Assembly (NCBI GenBank): GCA_964016885.1
Contig: OZ024742.1
Coordinates: forward strand, 156,302,001 to 156,366,000
DNA from: Eledone cirrhosa
Lineage: Eukaryota
Direction: 5' to 3'
Length of the DNA: 64,000 nucleotides
Shown here: in pieces, positions 1 through 12,292 of the stretch
Numbering within the stretch: the stretch's first letter is position 1
Layout: each line of letters starts with the position of its first letter
Made by a program: the position numbers and the translations under genes
The notes under the pieces: generated by a model
What the model saw: only the letters and a program-made list of their open reading frames with translations
Told to the model about the DNA's origin: nothing
Database searches by the model: none

Positions 1-480
1 GGGAAGTAGGAAAGTATGTAGTTACTAGCAATGTTAGCTCCACAGACTGGCCGTGTTGGTGGTCCTATGACAGGGTCACTGCTCGTTTTATGGTCTTTTC
101 GAAGCCCATACAACGCCGACACGTCATTGTTCCAGGCCTGGAAATTGTTGGCAGTCCTTTTGTTGGGCTGCATTATGTTTGTCCACATCATCATATGGGC
201 ATTGAGGGTGTTTTCCATATCATCATGCTCTTGTGGTGTTACTTCTCTTGTGTTAGTGATGTGGGGTTACATTGCCTGGATGTAGTTTGACAGACTGTCA
301 CCCGACATTCTGCCAGACTTGTCTGTTGGAAAGCATGCAATCTCTCCATTACGCGAGCGCTGCATGAGCTTACGCAAGCCTTTTGCATGATTTTTCTCCC
401 AGTCGCTGGGCCTCGATTCCACATTACTATACTGTTCTATAATGTTTCTAAGTTTAGATCTAGATATACTAAATTGTGCT
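1..480 (-). mobile_element. Penelope-like element reverse transcriptase, N-terminal fragment (pseudogenised, runs off the window)
   Basis: Minus-strand translation across one stop: ...FPTDKSGRMS..YIQAM*PHIT...SALYGLRKDHK..DPVIGPPTRPVCGA..., matching PLE RT motifs (DK-G; LYGLPKxHK...PxRPIV). Confidence 0.65.
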
Positions 481-635
481 TCTGTTTGTTCATCGACCTG
501 CGACGGCAATTGTGTGCGTTTGTTCAAAGCTAAAGTCGTGGCGTGGACTCGTCGCAGGTCGAAAGACTTATCGGAAGGATTATAGAAAGGACTATAGGAA
601 GGATTATAGGAAAGACTTATCGGAAGGATTATCAG

Positions 636-1516
636 TCTAAAGTAGACAAATGTCATGGTGCAGGGCACAAATCACCCTCCAACCATCATTGACGGGCACG
701 CGCTGGAAGCTGTAGTCAAGTCTACCTACATCGGGTCCTCCATCTCAGGCTCGCTCACCCTAGCAGCGGAGGTGAACAGCAGGATCGCCAAGGCTGCTGC
801 TGTTATGGTCAAGCTGAGTCAGAGATTCTGGAATAACCCCTGCCTCACGGAGAAGACGAAGCTGCGCGTCTACCAGGCCTGTATGCTCAGCAATCTGCTC
901 CACAGAAGTGAGTATTGGACCACCTACGCCAAGCAGGAGAAGAAACTTGACAGCTTCCACCTGAGAGGTCTGCGACGCATTCTGTACGTACGCTAGCAGG
1001 ACAAGGTTCCCAACACAGAAGTCCTGAAGCGGGCCTGGATGGGCAGCATGTTCGCAATCCCCAAACAAAGACGCCTGGGCTGGCTCGGCCATGTCAGATG
1101 AATGAATCCTGGCCACAACCCCAAGGATCTCCTGTACGGTGAATTGGCAGCGGGCGTGCGACCGGCCGGACGCCCGCAACTCCGCTTTAGGCACGTTTGC
1201 AAGAAGGGCCTAAAGCTGTGCAGCATCAACGTTGCCTCGTGGGGAACCCTTGCTGGGGAGCGCCTATCTTAGCACTCCACTGTGAGGAGAGGTGTGCGGG
1301 CAGCCGAAGATGCGAGAAATGAGGCTCTTGCTGACAGGAGTTCCAGGAGAATCGACAACGAACACAGGCCTTAGCAACGAACAGCATATATTTGCACTAA
1401 GTGAACCAGGGACTGCCACTCACGGGTCGGGTTGTTCAGATACTCACGCAAGTGCAACCATTGAGACCCACGCGGACCTAATCCAGCGTCTTGCGAAAAC
1501 GGACGGATGCCCACGA

Positions 1517-1519
<3 letters not shown>
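636..1519 (+). mobile_element. RTE-clade (BovB-like) LINE, 5'-truncated 3' end
   Basis: ORF 655-996 (EVNSRIAKAAA..KL..R.WNN..LT.KTKLRVYQAC) continues past stops into RRLGWLGHVR, PKDLLYGEL, GRPQLRF and a terminal C..CHSRVGL zinc-finger-like motif. Ends at an (AT)n tract. Confidence 0.85.
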
Positions 1520-1581
<62 letters not shown>

Positions 1582-1585
<4 letters not shown>

Positions 1586-2415
1586 AGGTGTGTCAGAAAA
1601 GTTCCGGTACTGATTCAGAAAAGATATATTTCAAACCCAAACTTCACACTTAGAGTTTTCTCCTTCAAAGTACTCCCCCTGGTGTTTAATGCACTTTTCC
1701 GGGATCCTCCGTAGTTTCGTCGTCACGGCCCTTTTAATGTTGTCCATTTCAAAACGGGTCCCCTCCAGTTCGTACTCGAAGATCCATGTATCATCACCGG
1801 TGATGACTGTCCCTAGCAAGTCCGGTTCGGTTTTAAGACGCTAGAGGAAATCCTGGCACACTTGCATGCGTCGACCCCTCTGGTCATCGTTTACCAATTT
1901 TGGCACCATCTTCGCGCAGACTTTCCGCATGTCCAATCTTCAGTGAGGATCTTTCAGACGCTGTCCCGATTCTGCCCAACTCATCAGTCGAACAGTCAGC
2001 CGACGATGGCTACGCACCATCTGCCTGACGCACTCAACGTTGACCTTAGTCCTGGTTGTTAAGGGGCTTACGCTCCTGGGCTCGTCTTCCACGTGCTCAC
2101 ATCCTTCTTTAAACTTCTTGCACCACTCAAAAACACGTGCTCTCATCTGCATACACTTGCTGCAGCGGAGTTTTCCCCAACAGTAACAGAAACTTCAAAT
2201 GTGTTCGTTACTCTGTGCTCATTGCTTCACGACCTGAAACAGAGGACATGTATATAAAATTATGAAGAAAAAAGTCTGATCGCTGCAGAGAGCGAAGATT
2301 ACAGCTACATACTCCAGGGGGATTATTTTGAAGGAGAAAACTCTCAGCGTGAAGTTTGGGTTTGAAATAAATATGTTGTGAAATCAGTCCTGGAACGTTT
2401 CTGACATACGTCGTA
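1582..2415 (-). mobile_element. Internally deleted mariner (Tc1/mariner) transposon with ~100-bp imperfect TIRs
   Basis: TIRs TACAAGGTGTGTCAGAAAAGTTCC... (1582) and ...GGAACGTTTCTGACATACGTCGTA (2415), with TA ends. Transposase pieces RVFEWCKKFKEG.EHVEDEPRS, VITGDDTWIFEY and QGEYFEG. Confidence 0.85.
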
Positions 2416-2676
2416 TATATATAAGGGAATGGTATATACGATGTGCCTCAGAAAAGAAGCAGTACTGGGGTCCCCAAATAATATTTCAAATCAAAATAAA
2501 AGAACTACGAATTTTGCTCTTCGAATCTGACCCATTTTCCCATGCTTCACACCAGGCATTCATGACTTCACGGAATGATTCTCCTGGAATTCTCCGTAGC
2601 TCCATCGACAGCTGGACGGCTTTCAGGTCAGGAAAATGTGTCCCGTTGTCTCCTCACTTGTGTTAGAGGTGCTATA

Positions 2677-2744
<68 letters not shown>

Positions 2745-3278
2745 TGTATAGTTAGATAGATAGGTAGATAGATAGATAGATGGATAGATATATGTATGTA
2801 TGTTTGTGTATATGTTTGTGTGAGTGTGTGCCTGTGTATATGTGCGTACATGTGTGTGTGTGTGTGTGCGTTGGTGCCTACAACTAAATTCTGCAGTATC
2901 TTTATACAATATTTTACTTTCGTTGACCCAATTTGTGTAACTGAAATTTGGTTCATGTTGACAAGTAAACTATGTAATTTCCAGTAGGAGGAGCTGTATT
3001 CGTTCGTTGTTTGTAGGTTTACTTTCACAGCCAATTGGACACCAACAACGTGTTACTTAATTAGGATCATCGGTAGATATTCAAACAGTTATAGTACCCA
3101 CGTCAAATTTAAAGTACCTTACTTGACATATCGTCTAACCTCATAGCCCTCAAATTTGGCAGTATATGAAATGTACATGCTCCTCCGGACTTTGGGACAG
3201 ACTCGAATTTGATGCATCCAATGAAAACCAGAAATACGTTACATATAATTTGGTAAAGCATTATAGTTTGATTTCTAA

Positions 3279-3500
3279 TTTAGGCACCACTCCGTAATCT
3301 GACAGAAGTAGAACGCCCATTTCTGACAGAAATAGAACCCCCATTACATCGACACCAGTACGTCATTTCATCGATCCGAAGAATAAGGAATATAAAAAGT
3401 GACTTCGATAGAATTTGAACTCAGAAAGAACGGAATCGTAAATAAATGAACTTAATGTTTTACTCCTACAGCTTTCGACATTCTGCCAATCATCCGCCGC
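3279..3500 (-). mobile_element. tRNA-derived SINE (octopod-type), degenerate
   Basis: Similar to the other SINE copies (GAATTTGAACTCAG, TTCTGCCAATC..CCGCC). Confidence 0.55.
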
Positions 3501-3913
3501 AAAAATATATTAGATGTTAACATCATATGATTATGAAAGTACAGGGTCAATAAAATAAAGAACCAATAACTCACTAGGGTGGATTTAATCGACTTTCCCC
3601 TCACCTAAAAGTGGTGGTCTTGTGCCGGAATTAAAAGCCGTTGTAATTATTATTATTAAGATTCTGGTCCTTATGAATACCGAATAACGTGTAATGCCAA
3701 ACGTTGAATACCATATAGGGATTGAGTGATAAGTATGGTGAACCAATATCAACTAAAAGTTACACAACAATAAAATATATGTATATATATATATATATAT
3801 ATCTATATATATATATTTCATTCATGTATGTATACAAATATTTGCACGTTCACATGTCTAAATGCATTATTTACGGGTGTCTGTATATAAACATACATCC
3901 ACACACACACACC

Positions 3914-3959
<46 letters not shown>

Positions 3960-4571
3960 TATGTGTGTGCGTGTGGTGTGCGCTGTTCAGGTGATGTGTT
4001 TGTGTGATACTGAATGTGTGAAGTTGAGTACAATGTACACTAAATATACCATCAACGTCAATACAAATTCCCTCCATTGTGAATATTGTAAAATGCTATT
4101 GTTGTTTCTAATTGTTTTTGTGTTCTCTAGTCATTGTATTACGTTCAAACGTTATACATTCCCATTGAATTCTTCTGTTGGCAACAAAAGCAGAGCTGGC
4201 TCTAATGTAACATGAAAACAATAGCCTACTCTATGAATTGAAAGATGCTTTAAAATATATATGAAAATCATTATTAAAAGAACTATGGCATTTTCTCGAG
4301 GTTTTGTTGTGAAAATTGTAGAAAAAATGTTGTCTGACAAATATAATTTAAGAGAAATAGAGTATGTTTATTGTGAGCCATAAATAGTATAACTGATGTA
4401 TGCATATTGCATCATGTGTTTATATATATATATATGAGTGTGTGTGTGTACATATATAAATGTAAGTACACAGAAAAATACATACACACTCACACCCACA
4501 TACACACACACATGTGTGAATCTGTGTAGTAAATGTCAACATATACTTCAACATATATATATATATATAAA

Positions 4572-4775
4572 TATTACGGAGGAATTGTGGTAAGGAACCA
4601 GATGGACCATAACGCACCAAAGTACTCAATACATTGTGTAGTAGAGTGGGTAATAGGAATAAGTATGACCCCGACGGCAGAGCTCAAGCCGTTTCGGCGG
4701 CGCTTTCTGAACTAAGTCCAGAAATAGCCGCCGAAAAGGCTGGAGCTCTGCCGTCGGGGTCATACTTGTTCCTAT
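4572..4775. mobile_element. Miniature fold-back PLE terminus; same family as 49888-52562
   Basis: Hairpin 4652-4775 (ATAGGAATAAGTATGACCCCGACGGCAGAGCTC... / ...GAGCTCTGCCGTCGGGGTCATACTTGTTCCTAT). 4572-4660 is the reverse complement of the tail at 52480-52562. Confidence 0.7.
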
Positions 4776-5224
4776 ATATATATTACTGTATGTGTGGATA
4801 GAACTACGTATTTAATACAGGTATATATTATTTATTTTACTTCATGTCACCGCCTTCTACTGTAAAGGAACACATCTGGGTTTATGACGATGACTGTTGT
4901 CGTGGCGCAAATGGAAGTTGAGTGTAAATTGAAAGAGTGTATAGGTAAGACAATATAATCAGAGAGGTTTGAGAAATTATACATACACTTTACAACACCC
5001 TTGCACATAAATATTCATAATGGTGTGTACGAATGTGTGAATATGTGTAGTAAATGTCAACATATACTTCAACATGAGAAGAAACGCCACGGGAGATCAT
5101 CAAAACTATATAATTGTATATTACCTTAATGAATAATGATTTTGGAATTTAGCCTATACGCTTGTACACATATAAGCACTTCCTAATATACACACACACG
5201 CACAGACACACGTATAAGTATATG

Positions 5225-5260
<36 letters not shown>

Positions 5261-5265
<5 letters not shown>

Positions 5266-5850
5266 ACATGGGGCTGAACTGGTGTAAATCCTTGAAAAGT
5301 TTATTATACTATGATCATTTCAATGACCGGATTCAGTATGGATCCGCTGATATCATCAGGTATTCAAAATATAATAAAGGAATATAACCGATGAAATCCA
5401 TGGGGCTGAAAATCAGAGACAACAGAACGACCGACGATTTAGCAGCTTCTACCTCAGTCGGCCGCCATTGAGTCTAGAGTCTCGAGGCGGCCACCTAAGG
5501 TAGAAGCTGCGAAATAGTCGGTCGGCCTCGTGTCTCTGATTTTCAGCCCCATGGATTTATATGTTATATTCCTCCGTTATATTGCTTTGTTATATTTTGA
5601 ATACCTGATGATGTCTGGGGATTCATACTGAACCCGGTCATTGAAATGATCATAGTATAACAAACCTTTCAAGGATTTACACCAGTCCAACCTCCTGTTA
5701 TTTTATAATAATTAACCCATACTCGCACCACCAACTACACAAACACAGACGGGTGAGTTGCACTACTTTCAGTGCTCTCCATAATATTACATCGAGATTA
5801 ACCATACGGAATGACCAGTTCTCTCCAGTGGTGAACCAATAAACCTAAAC

Positions 5851-5852
<2 letters not shown>
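5261..5852. mobile_element. Fold-back PLE-type insertion in (AT)n with HHR
   Basis: Inverted arms 5261-~5475 and ~5480-5704, plus a ~150-nt unpaired tail. (AT)n on both sides. Confidence 0.75.
5601..5658 (+). ncRNA. Type I minimal hammerhead ribozyme
   Basis: ATAC-CTGATGA-[stem II]-GAAAT-GATC-ATA-GTAT: stem I ATAC/GTAT, palindromic loop GATC, AUA cleavage triplet. A mirror copy lies on the - strand at ~5305-5363. Confidence 0.75.
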
Positions 5853-5898
<46 letters not shown>

Positions 5899-5902
<4 letters not shown>

Positions 5903-6250
5903 GTTAAAACAATGAAATAAAAAATCAATTCATAAGAAATATACTTCACTGCTTTATGATCGTTTCTAGGTGATGATAACACATTGTAACTATACCTCGT
6001 TATCGATCTATGTAAGGTTATTTACAAAATACCAAATAAGGAGAATACTTACTTACATGCATATCACCAGCTATTGTCAAACCTTGTTGACAACAGCTTA
6101 TTATCATCACCTAGAAACGATCGTAAAGCAGTGAAGTATATTTCTAATGACTTAATATTTTATTTCATTCTTCTAACATATATCATGACTCTGTTTTCCT
6201 TTCAATGTTTTCCGGGATTTATTTTAACCTACAACATTTTCAACATATGA
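5899..6250. mobile_element. Fold-back PLE-type insertion with degenerate HHR
   Basis: Arms 5899-5980 and 6100-6182. The GAAAC-GATC-GTA half of the HHR is at 6115-6126. Confidence 0.6.
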
Positions 6251-6267
6251 ATTACATTGAGTTCTTC

Positions 6268-6312
6268 ATGCCGACTAGACACCACAACTTACCGAGAATA
6301 TCTGTGTGTGTG

Positions 6313-6378
<66 letters not shown>

Positions 6379-6417
6379 CACACACACAGATATTCTCGGT
6401 AAGTTGTGGTGTCTAGT

Positions 6418-6423
<6 letters not shown>
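6268..6423. repeat. Perfect palindrome centred on (AT)n
   Basis: ATGCCGACTAGACACCACAACTTACCGAGAATATCTGTGTGTGTGTAAAT-(AT)n followed by its exact reverse complement. Confidence 0.9.
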
Positions 6424-6496
<73 letters not shown>

Positions 6497-6666
6497 TAAA
6501 AAAATGAAACGATATTTCATTTCTCACTCTTAGTACGGCTGTTATTTAAATATAAGTATGTATACAGACATACAGTAGTATGTATATATATATATATATA
6601 TACACATACATGCACACACATATATATATATATATGTACACATGGATTAACCGAACATTTATTATA

Positions 6667-6855
6667 ATTGTTTCTACTTTTGGCACAAGGCCAGCAATTA
6701 ACCAGTGCATTACTGGTACTTTATTCTATCTACCCCGGAAGGATGAAAGGCACAGTTAATCTCGGCGGGATTTGAACTCAGATCATACAGGGAGGTAACT
6801 CTATGCTTCAAAGTATGGTATCCGACCCTCTACCGATACTGCCAATCCACCGCCT
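6667..6855 (-). mobile_element. tRNA-derived SINE (octopod-type)
   Basis: The reverse complement has A-box-like TGGCAGTATCGG, B-box-like GAGTTCAAATCC and the conserved body (CTTTCATCCTT..GGGT..AAAGTACCAG). Confidence 0.8.
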
Positions 6856-6859
6856 TATT

Positions 6860-7072
6860 TATTATAATGCTCGGTGTGTTTGTAAACAAACATCCCGAAT
6901 TAAGCCGTACAGTGTTTAGCAACCTTCGTTGCCCTTTTTGTTCAACACTGACAAATGAACGATGTACTAGTTTCAAGCTTATTAGATATCGTCAGCACCG
7001 TATACCTTCATGTTAGATGATTGAACGGCGTAATTCGGGATGTTTGTTTACAAACACACCGCCCCTTATAAT
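6860..7072. repeat. ~50-bp inverted repeats (MITE-like or small fold-back)
   Basis: CGGTGTGTTTGTAAACAAACATCCCGAATTA / TAATTCGGGATGTTTGTTTACAAACACACCG. Confidence 0.65.
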
Positions 7073-7724
7073 AGATGTTCGGTAAATCCATACGTACATA
7101 TATATATGTATGCATGTATGTATATATATATACATTCTACTGTACGTCTGTATACATATATGTATATACGTATACATACTGGAAACATGTATCCCAGTAC
7201 AACCTGTCTCATGGTCGGGTCATTGGCGACTAAACTGGCAACCCCACCAATGTTTCTTGGTGAGGAGGGTGACTTTGGACATCAAGAGTCAATGGCCATC
7301 CAAAATCACTGGGAGAGAAGACCCCTTAGCCTTGGTCAAGGCAGAATTCTCCGAGAAGGAAAACTCTGACATAACACCTGCAACCCTGTTGGTATCCAAT
7401 GATATTGACTTGTTCTTCTATTTGGTAAATATCATCTTGGTTAAGTGAGTGGGACTGTTTTTGTGCAATGGCTTTGTTCACTATAAAAGCTTCACGGCCC
7501 AGGCATTACTTTATATCTGGAGATCTATCTGCACTTGTCGTTACATGGTACCATGGGCCCAGCACTATGTGTCAATAAATATCACATGTGTAGTGTCTGT
7601 ACCAGAATTTTCAAGTCGCTGGCTGGACTAAAAAGTGACACACGTTCAGCGCATCGGTAGGTGTTCTCCTACATGGATATACAGTAGTGGCCGTACTCGA
7701 AAACGAGTTGGCAGCCACTATATA

Positions 7725-7778
<54 letters not shown>

Positions 7779-7781
<3 letters not shown>

Positions 7782-8179
7782 TGGATGCTTACAGCGTCCG
7801 TATGCGGTAGGTCGTATGAACACTCGATGACCTCATAGAGCTGAGTATGATATCACAGAAAAAAGAGAATCAGTGTTGCGACGAAAGGAATTTATTGGAC
7901 ATATTACAATTGTTTCAAGGGCGACCATCTCGCGGCACAGGACAATCTGCTTCGTAGAATCGCGACGTATCCGGGGACCGCGCGATTTCCGATTCAGGTT
8001 TGATCACCACATCGATTGTGCCTGGAGGTTGTCGCCCGAGAAACAATTGTAATATGTCCAATAAATTCCTTTCGACACAACACTGATTCTCTTTTTTCTG
8101 CGACATCATACTCTGCACCATGAGGGCATCGAGTGCTCATACGGCCTACCGTATACGGACGCTCTAAGCATCCAACTCC

Positions 8180-8182
<3 letters not shown>
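7779..8182. mobile_element. Fold-back PLE terminus in (AT)n; same family as 47925-48170
   Basis: Arms 7779-7940 and 8016-8178; GAAAC-AATT-GTA motif at ~8040. Near-identical sequence adjoins a GIY-YIG remnant at 47925-48860. Confidence 0.75.
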
Positions 8183-8276
<94 letters not shown>

Positions 8277-8359
8277 TATATTTATATAGTAATAATAATA
8301 AAATTGAAGATTAAAATCCAATATGTTATTTTAATAAATATATATATATATATATATTA

Positions 8360-8921
8360 TGTAGATGAATCTACCAAGAGTTTACGGTAGTGTCCAATCC
8401 GTATGAAGAGCTCAATGTAATCCGGATATCATGGAAAGAAGAGATGCATTCAAAAATCACTTTCGGTGAAAGATAAACGGAATACAGAGTCAAGATAAAA
8501 TATTAAAAAAATAATGAATAAAACAATGAAACAGTTCCTTATATTAAACAAAAAAAGTTCATTATTTAACGATCGTTTCTAGGACATATATGTGTTAGAA
8601 TTGGCACGCATATTCAACAGATCTATGTACAAAATTATACAAAATTATACAAACTATCAAATTTAATATACATACCAACACATATATATGCCGTCTTCAG
8701 AAATAATGATTATTTCTGAAGATGGCATATATATGTGTTGGTATGTATATTAAATTTGATAGTTTGTATAATTTTGTATAATTTTGTACATAGATCTGTT
8801 GAATATGCATGCCAATTCTAACACATATATGTCCTAGAAACGATCGTTAAATAATGAACTTTTTTTGTTTAATATAAGGAACTGTTTCATTGTTTTATTC
8901 ATTATTTTTTTAATATTTTAT
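8360..8921. mobile_element. Young fold-back PLE-type insertion (213-bp near-perfect arms) with HHR
   Basis: Arms 8495-8707 and 8709-8921 around a single G; unpaired tail 8360-8494; (AT)n flanks. Confidence 0.85.
8709..8855 (+). ncRNA. Type I hammerhead ribozyme with long stem II (mirror copy 8561-8707 on -)
   Basis: ATTATTT-CTGAAGA-TGGCATATATATGTGTT...AACACATATATGTCC-TA-GAAAC-GATC-GTT-AAATAAT: 7-bp stem I, palindromic loop, GUU triplet. Confidence 0.75.
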
Positions 8922-8934
8922 ATATATATATATA

Positions 8935-9845
8935 TATTTCGTTTCTGAATTTGTTTAGCAAGATTCTTTATCTGAAATCGTGTGTTGAAACCGATATTGT
9001 TATACTTTGGGAGGGTCATGTTGCCAATAAGAAACACACGCACCAGTTGCTTTCACTTCAAATTATTATAATAAATTCATAATGAATTTATAAATTTATA
9101 AATTTCTGGTTGGTTGGTTGGTTGGTTCCACAACCAGATAGTTGTTTATATATTGTCATAGTTCTTTCGTCACACACTCTGTGACCTCTTCAGTGACTGG
9201 GGATTATTTTCTTTGTTTCTGCGCCTCTCCTTTGTTCTGACCTACGCCATTTTGTTTCTGTGTGTGTGTTGTGTGCTCAGACTGCGCATGCGCCACATCC
9301 GGGTGTCTGTGTGTGTTTATGTTCATTTATTTATTTGTTTATTTACATGTTACTGTTTGGTTGTTTGTTCTATGTGTTTGTGATAGACAAATTACAGAGG
9401 CAATAAACATAAAAGAATTACAAACAAAATTAAATAGAAAATATGAGTGGAACAGCAACATCACAACTTACAATTAAGGAAAAAATGAAAACACACACAC
9501 ACATAGAACAAACAACCAACCAGTAACATGTAAATAAACAAATAAATAAATGAACATAAACACACACATACACCCGGATATGGCGCATGCGCAGACTGAT
9601 CACACAACACACACACAGAGACAAAATGGCGTAGGACAGGACAAATGAGAGGCACAGAAACAAAGAAAGGAATCCCCAGTCACTGAATAGGTCACAGAGT
9701 GTGTGACGAAAGAACTCTGACAATATATAAACAACTATCTGGTTGTGGAACCAACCAACCAACCAGAAATTTATAAATTTATAAATTTATTATAAATTTA
9801 TTATAATAAATTGAAATGAAAGCAACTGGTGCGTGTGTTTCTTAT
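8935..9845. mobile_element. Fold-back PLE 3' end with GIY-YIG C-terminus and HHRs
   Basis: Arms ~9030-9380 and ~9495-9845. The centre encodes DRQITEAINIKELQTKLNRKYEW (typical PLE GIY-YIG end). Tail 8935-9030. Confidence 0.8.
9155..9197 (-). ncRNA. Type I minimal hammerhead ribozyme
   Basis: GTCA-CTGAAGA-G-GTCACA..TGTGAC-GAAAG-AA-CTA-TGAC. The mirror copy at 9679-9721 (+) has CTGAATA. Confidence 0.8.
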
Positions 9846-9848
9846 ATG

Positions 9849-10046
<198 letters not shown>

Positions 10047-10461
10047 TAGATATATATAGATAGATATAAATAGATATACACGAGTGTGTATGATTGTGTA
10101 TAGACGATTATATTAATAAAAGGAATTCCAACTTTGATTTACTCGTTTCATTTACAATCCTTTAAAATTATAATGATATTATAATGAAATAGTATGGTAG
10201 AATATTAAACGTTAAGTGTTAATTGAACAAGTACTTTCATGCTTTCGCAATCTTCATGTCATATTCAGTGGTGACAGTCAACTTTGCAATTTTAAACTAT
10301 AATGAGATAGATAAATTCTGTGCCTTATATACAGTAAAAGGGGCTAGAGAATGCTAAGTTTGCAAACTGTATTTCGACCAATCGGTGTTTAGTTTCACTA
10401 CATTACCAAAGCTGATTGGTTTAGGCATCACGTTTGGTTGAGCATGTCTAACGACTTCTAT

Positions 10462-10670
10462 TTGACCCTTTCGACGACGTGTATTTGTGTATTTATGACT
10501 TGCAAAAATATTCAGAAAAATACAAATGGCCGGTGCGTGTTTCTAAAATCAGCTTCAAGAAAAATGGGTGTTGTCGCTCTGCAATTTGTTTGCCGGAGTA
10601 TCTGTGTTATTTTTATGACGTCCGTTGTGACGTCAGAGCTATCATACAACAGGTATCGCTTCGCTAGAGG
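10462..10670 (+). repeat. ~200-bp repeat, second direct copy at 12468-12670; piggyBac-like terminus
   Basis: Both copies share CGACGTGTATTTGTGTATTTATGACTTGCAAAAATATTC...GCTTCGCTA. Copy 1 begins TTGACCCTTTCG. Confidence 0.6.
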
Positions 10671-10949
10671 TAACCCTCCTCTAGATGACCAATCGATGAA
10701 GAAGTAAACATATGTATGAGAAGCAAGGCAAAAATAGATAATAAACAAAATAAATGTTTGCACAAGCAAGTAACAAGAGGCAAAGCACGCATAAATGTAA
10801 CAACATAAACAAGGAAAACAATCAATAAAATGTAACAAATCGTAAGAGAAACAAAAGCAAAGGGCTTCAACAAGGGCAGCTTAAATGTACACAGTTTGAC
10901 AGTTTGTTTCCAAAAAGACTCCAGTGGCCAGTTCATATAATAAAAGTTT

Positions 10950-12292
10950 GGAAGAGTTCATTGGGCCAGTGGAACCTTCGACCGGAACGGGTCGTGGTCT
11001 TGTATCTTGCTGATGGGGAGGGGGGGGGGGGGGGGGGGTCAAATAAACAGGTGTGTGTGCAAAAGAGAAAGATGGGGGTGTATGTGGCTCAGGTGCGTGA
11101 GCATATGTGTGGGCCCGTTTAAGTCTATCAACCGCAATGGTCTCTCTGGATCCCTTAATGTCTACAGTGAAATGTTTATCAGAACGAGCTAATACACGGT
11201 AGGGTCCAGAGTACAGTTGTGTTAGAGGTGGTCTCACAACATCGTTTCTTACGAACACATGGGTCTACGAGGCAATATCCCTCGGGACTGCAGATTTTAC
11301 AGTTTGATTCCTCGTATCTATTGGTGGCAAGTCCTGAAAATAAGAACGCAGACGTGATACGTAGGAAAGCGGATCTTGTGCAGCAGGATCGACAGGGGCA
11401 AGTATTTTCCCAGGTAACGCTAGAGGAGCACCATACAATAATTCGGCCGGGGAGAACCCAAGGTCCTCCTTTATTGATGACCCAATCCTCAACAACACAA
11501 TAGGGAGGTACTCGCTCCAACGCGTAGAGTCAGGAGAAGTCTGTAGAGCGGCTATTAGTTGTCGGTGGAAGCGCTCCACCATTCCATTAGATGCAGGGTG
11601 ATATGCAGTTGTTCGCATGCGTTTAGCGCCAATGTTCTTCGTCAATTCGGAGAAGAGAAGAGATTCGAACTGTCTTCCACGGTCCGTTATAAGTGTGGTT
11701 GGCACTCAAATGCGGGCAATCCATCCTGATACTAGGGCACGCGCTGTCGTTTAGCAGTGATGTCTTTCAAGGGGATGGCTTCAGGCCATCGCGAATAACG
11801 ATCAATAACAGTCAATAGATAAATATTACCACCACTGACTGGCCAAGGTCCAACGATGTCCACATGAATGCGCCGGAAACGGGCGTCCGGTGTACTGAAC
11901 GTACTTAGCGGAGCCTTAACGTGTTTATCGATTCTCGATTTCTAGCAAGCGATGCAGGAACGGCACCAGACAGTAATATCGCGCCTCATATTTGGTCAGA
12001 AGAATCTGGCTGTTATGAGCGTTACTGTGGCAGAAGATCCTGGGTGGGAAATGCTGTGTAAATCAAGAAACACAGTACGACGATGGTTTAGCGGGACGAA
12101 TGGTCTCGATGAATCCACGGAAACGTCGCAGGGAATCTGTCCGTCTGCGGTCGACAATGGCAGGTATTTCAAATTAATCGACGCCAAGTGATTTAAATTG
12201 ATGTCGTGGGATGACGCAATCGAACTTATCGGCAATCGAGACAGGGCGTCAACCGCTGTGTTCAATGAGCCTGGAATGTGTTGGATGTCGTT
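10950..12292 (-). mobile_element. Ty3/Gypsy pol fragment (end of RNase H plus integrase), degraded
   Basis: HIPGSLNTAVDALSR; HHCC motif (LHSISHPG...CRSCIAC); IHVDIVGP; TDRGRQFES; YHPASNGMVERFHRQL; GPY domain (YSGPYRVL). Confidence 0.9.

Noticed and set aside
7190-7720. GC-richer island with ORFs as a possible exon
   Set aside because: No recognisable protein motif or splice evidence; left unassigned.
10225-10272. Minus-strand CTGAATA...GAAAG-TA-CTT motif
   Set aside because: Core G8 is mutated and stem I is weak; a possible relic only.
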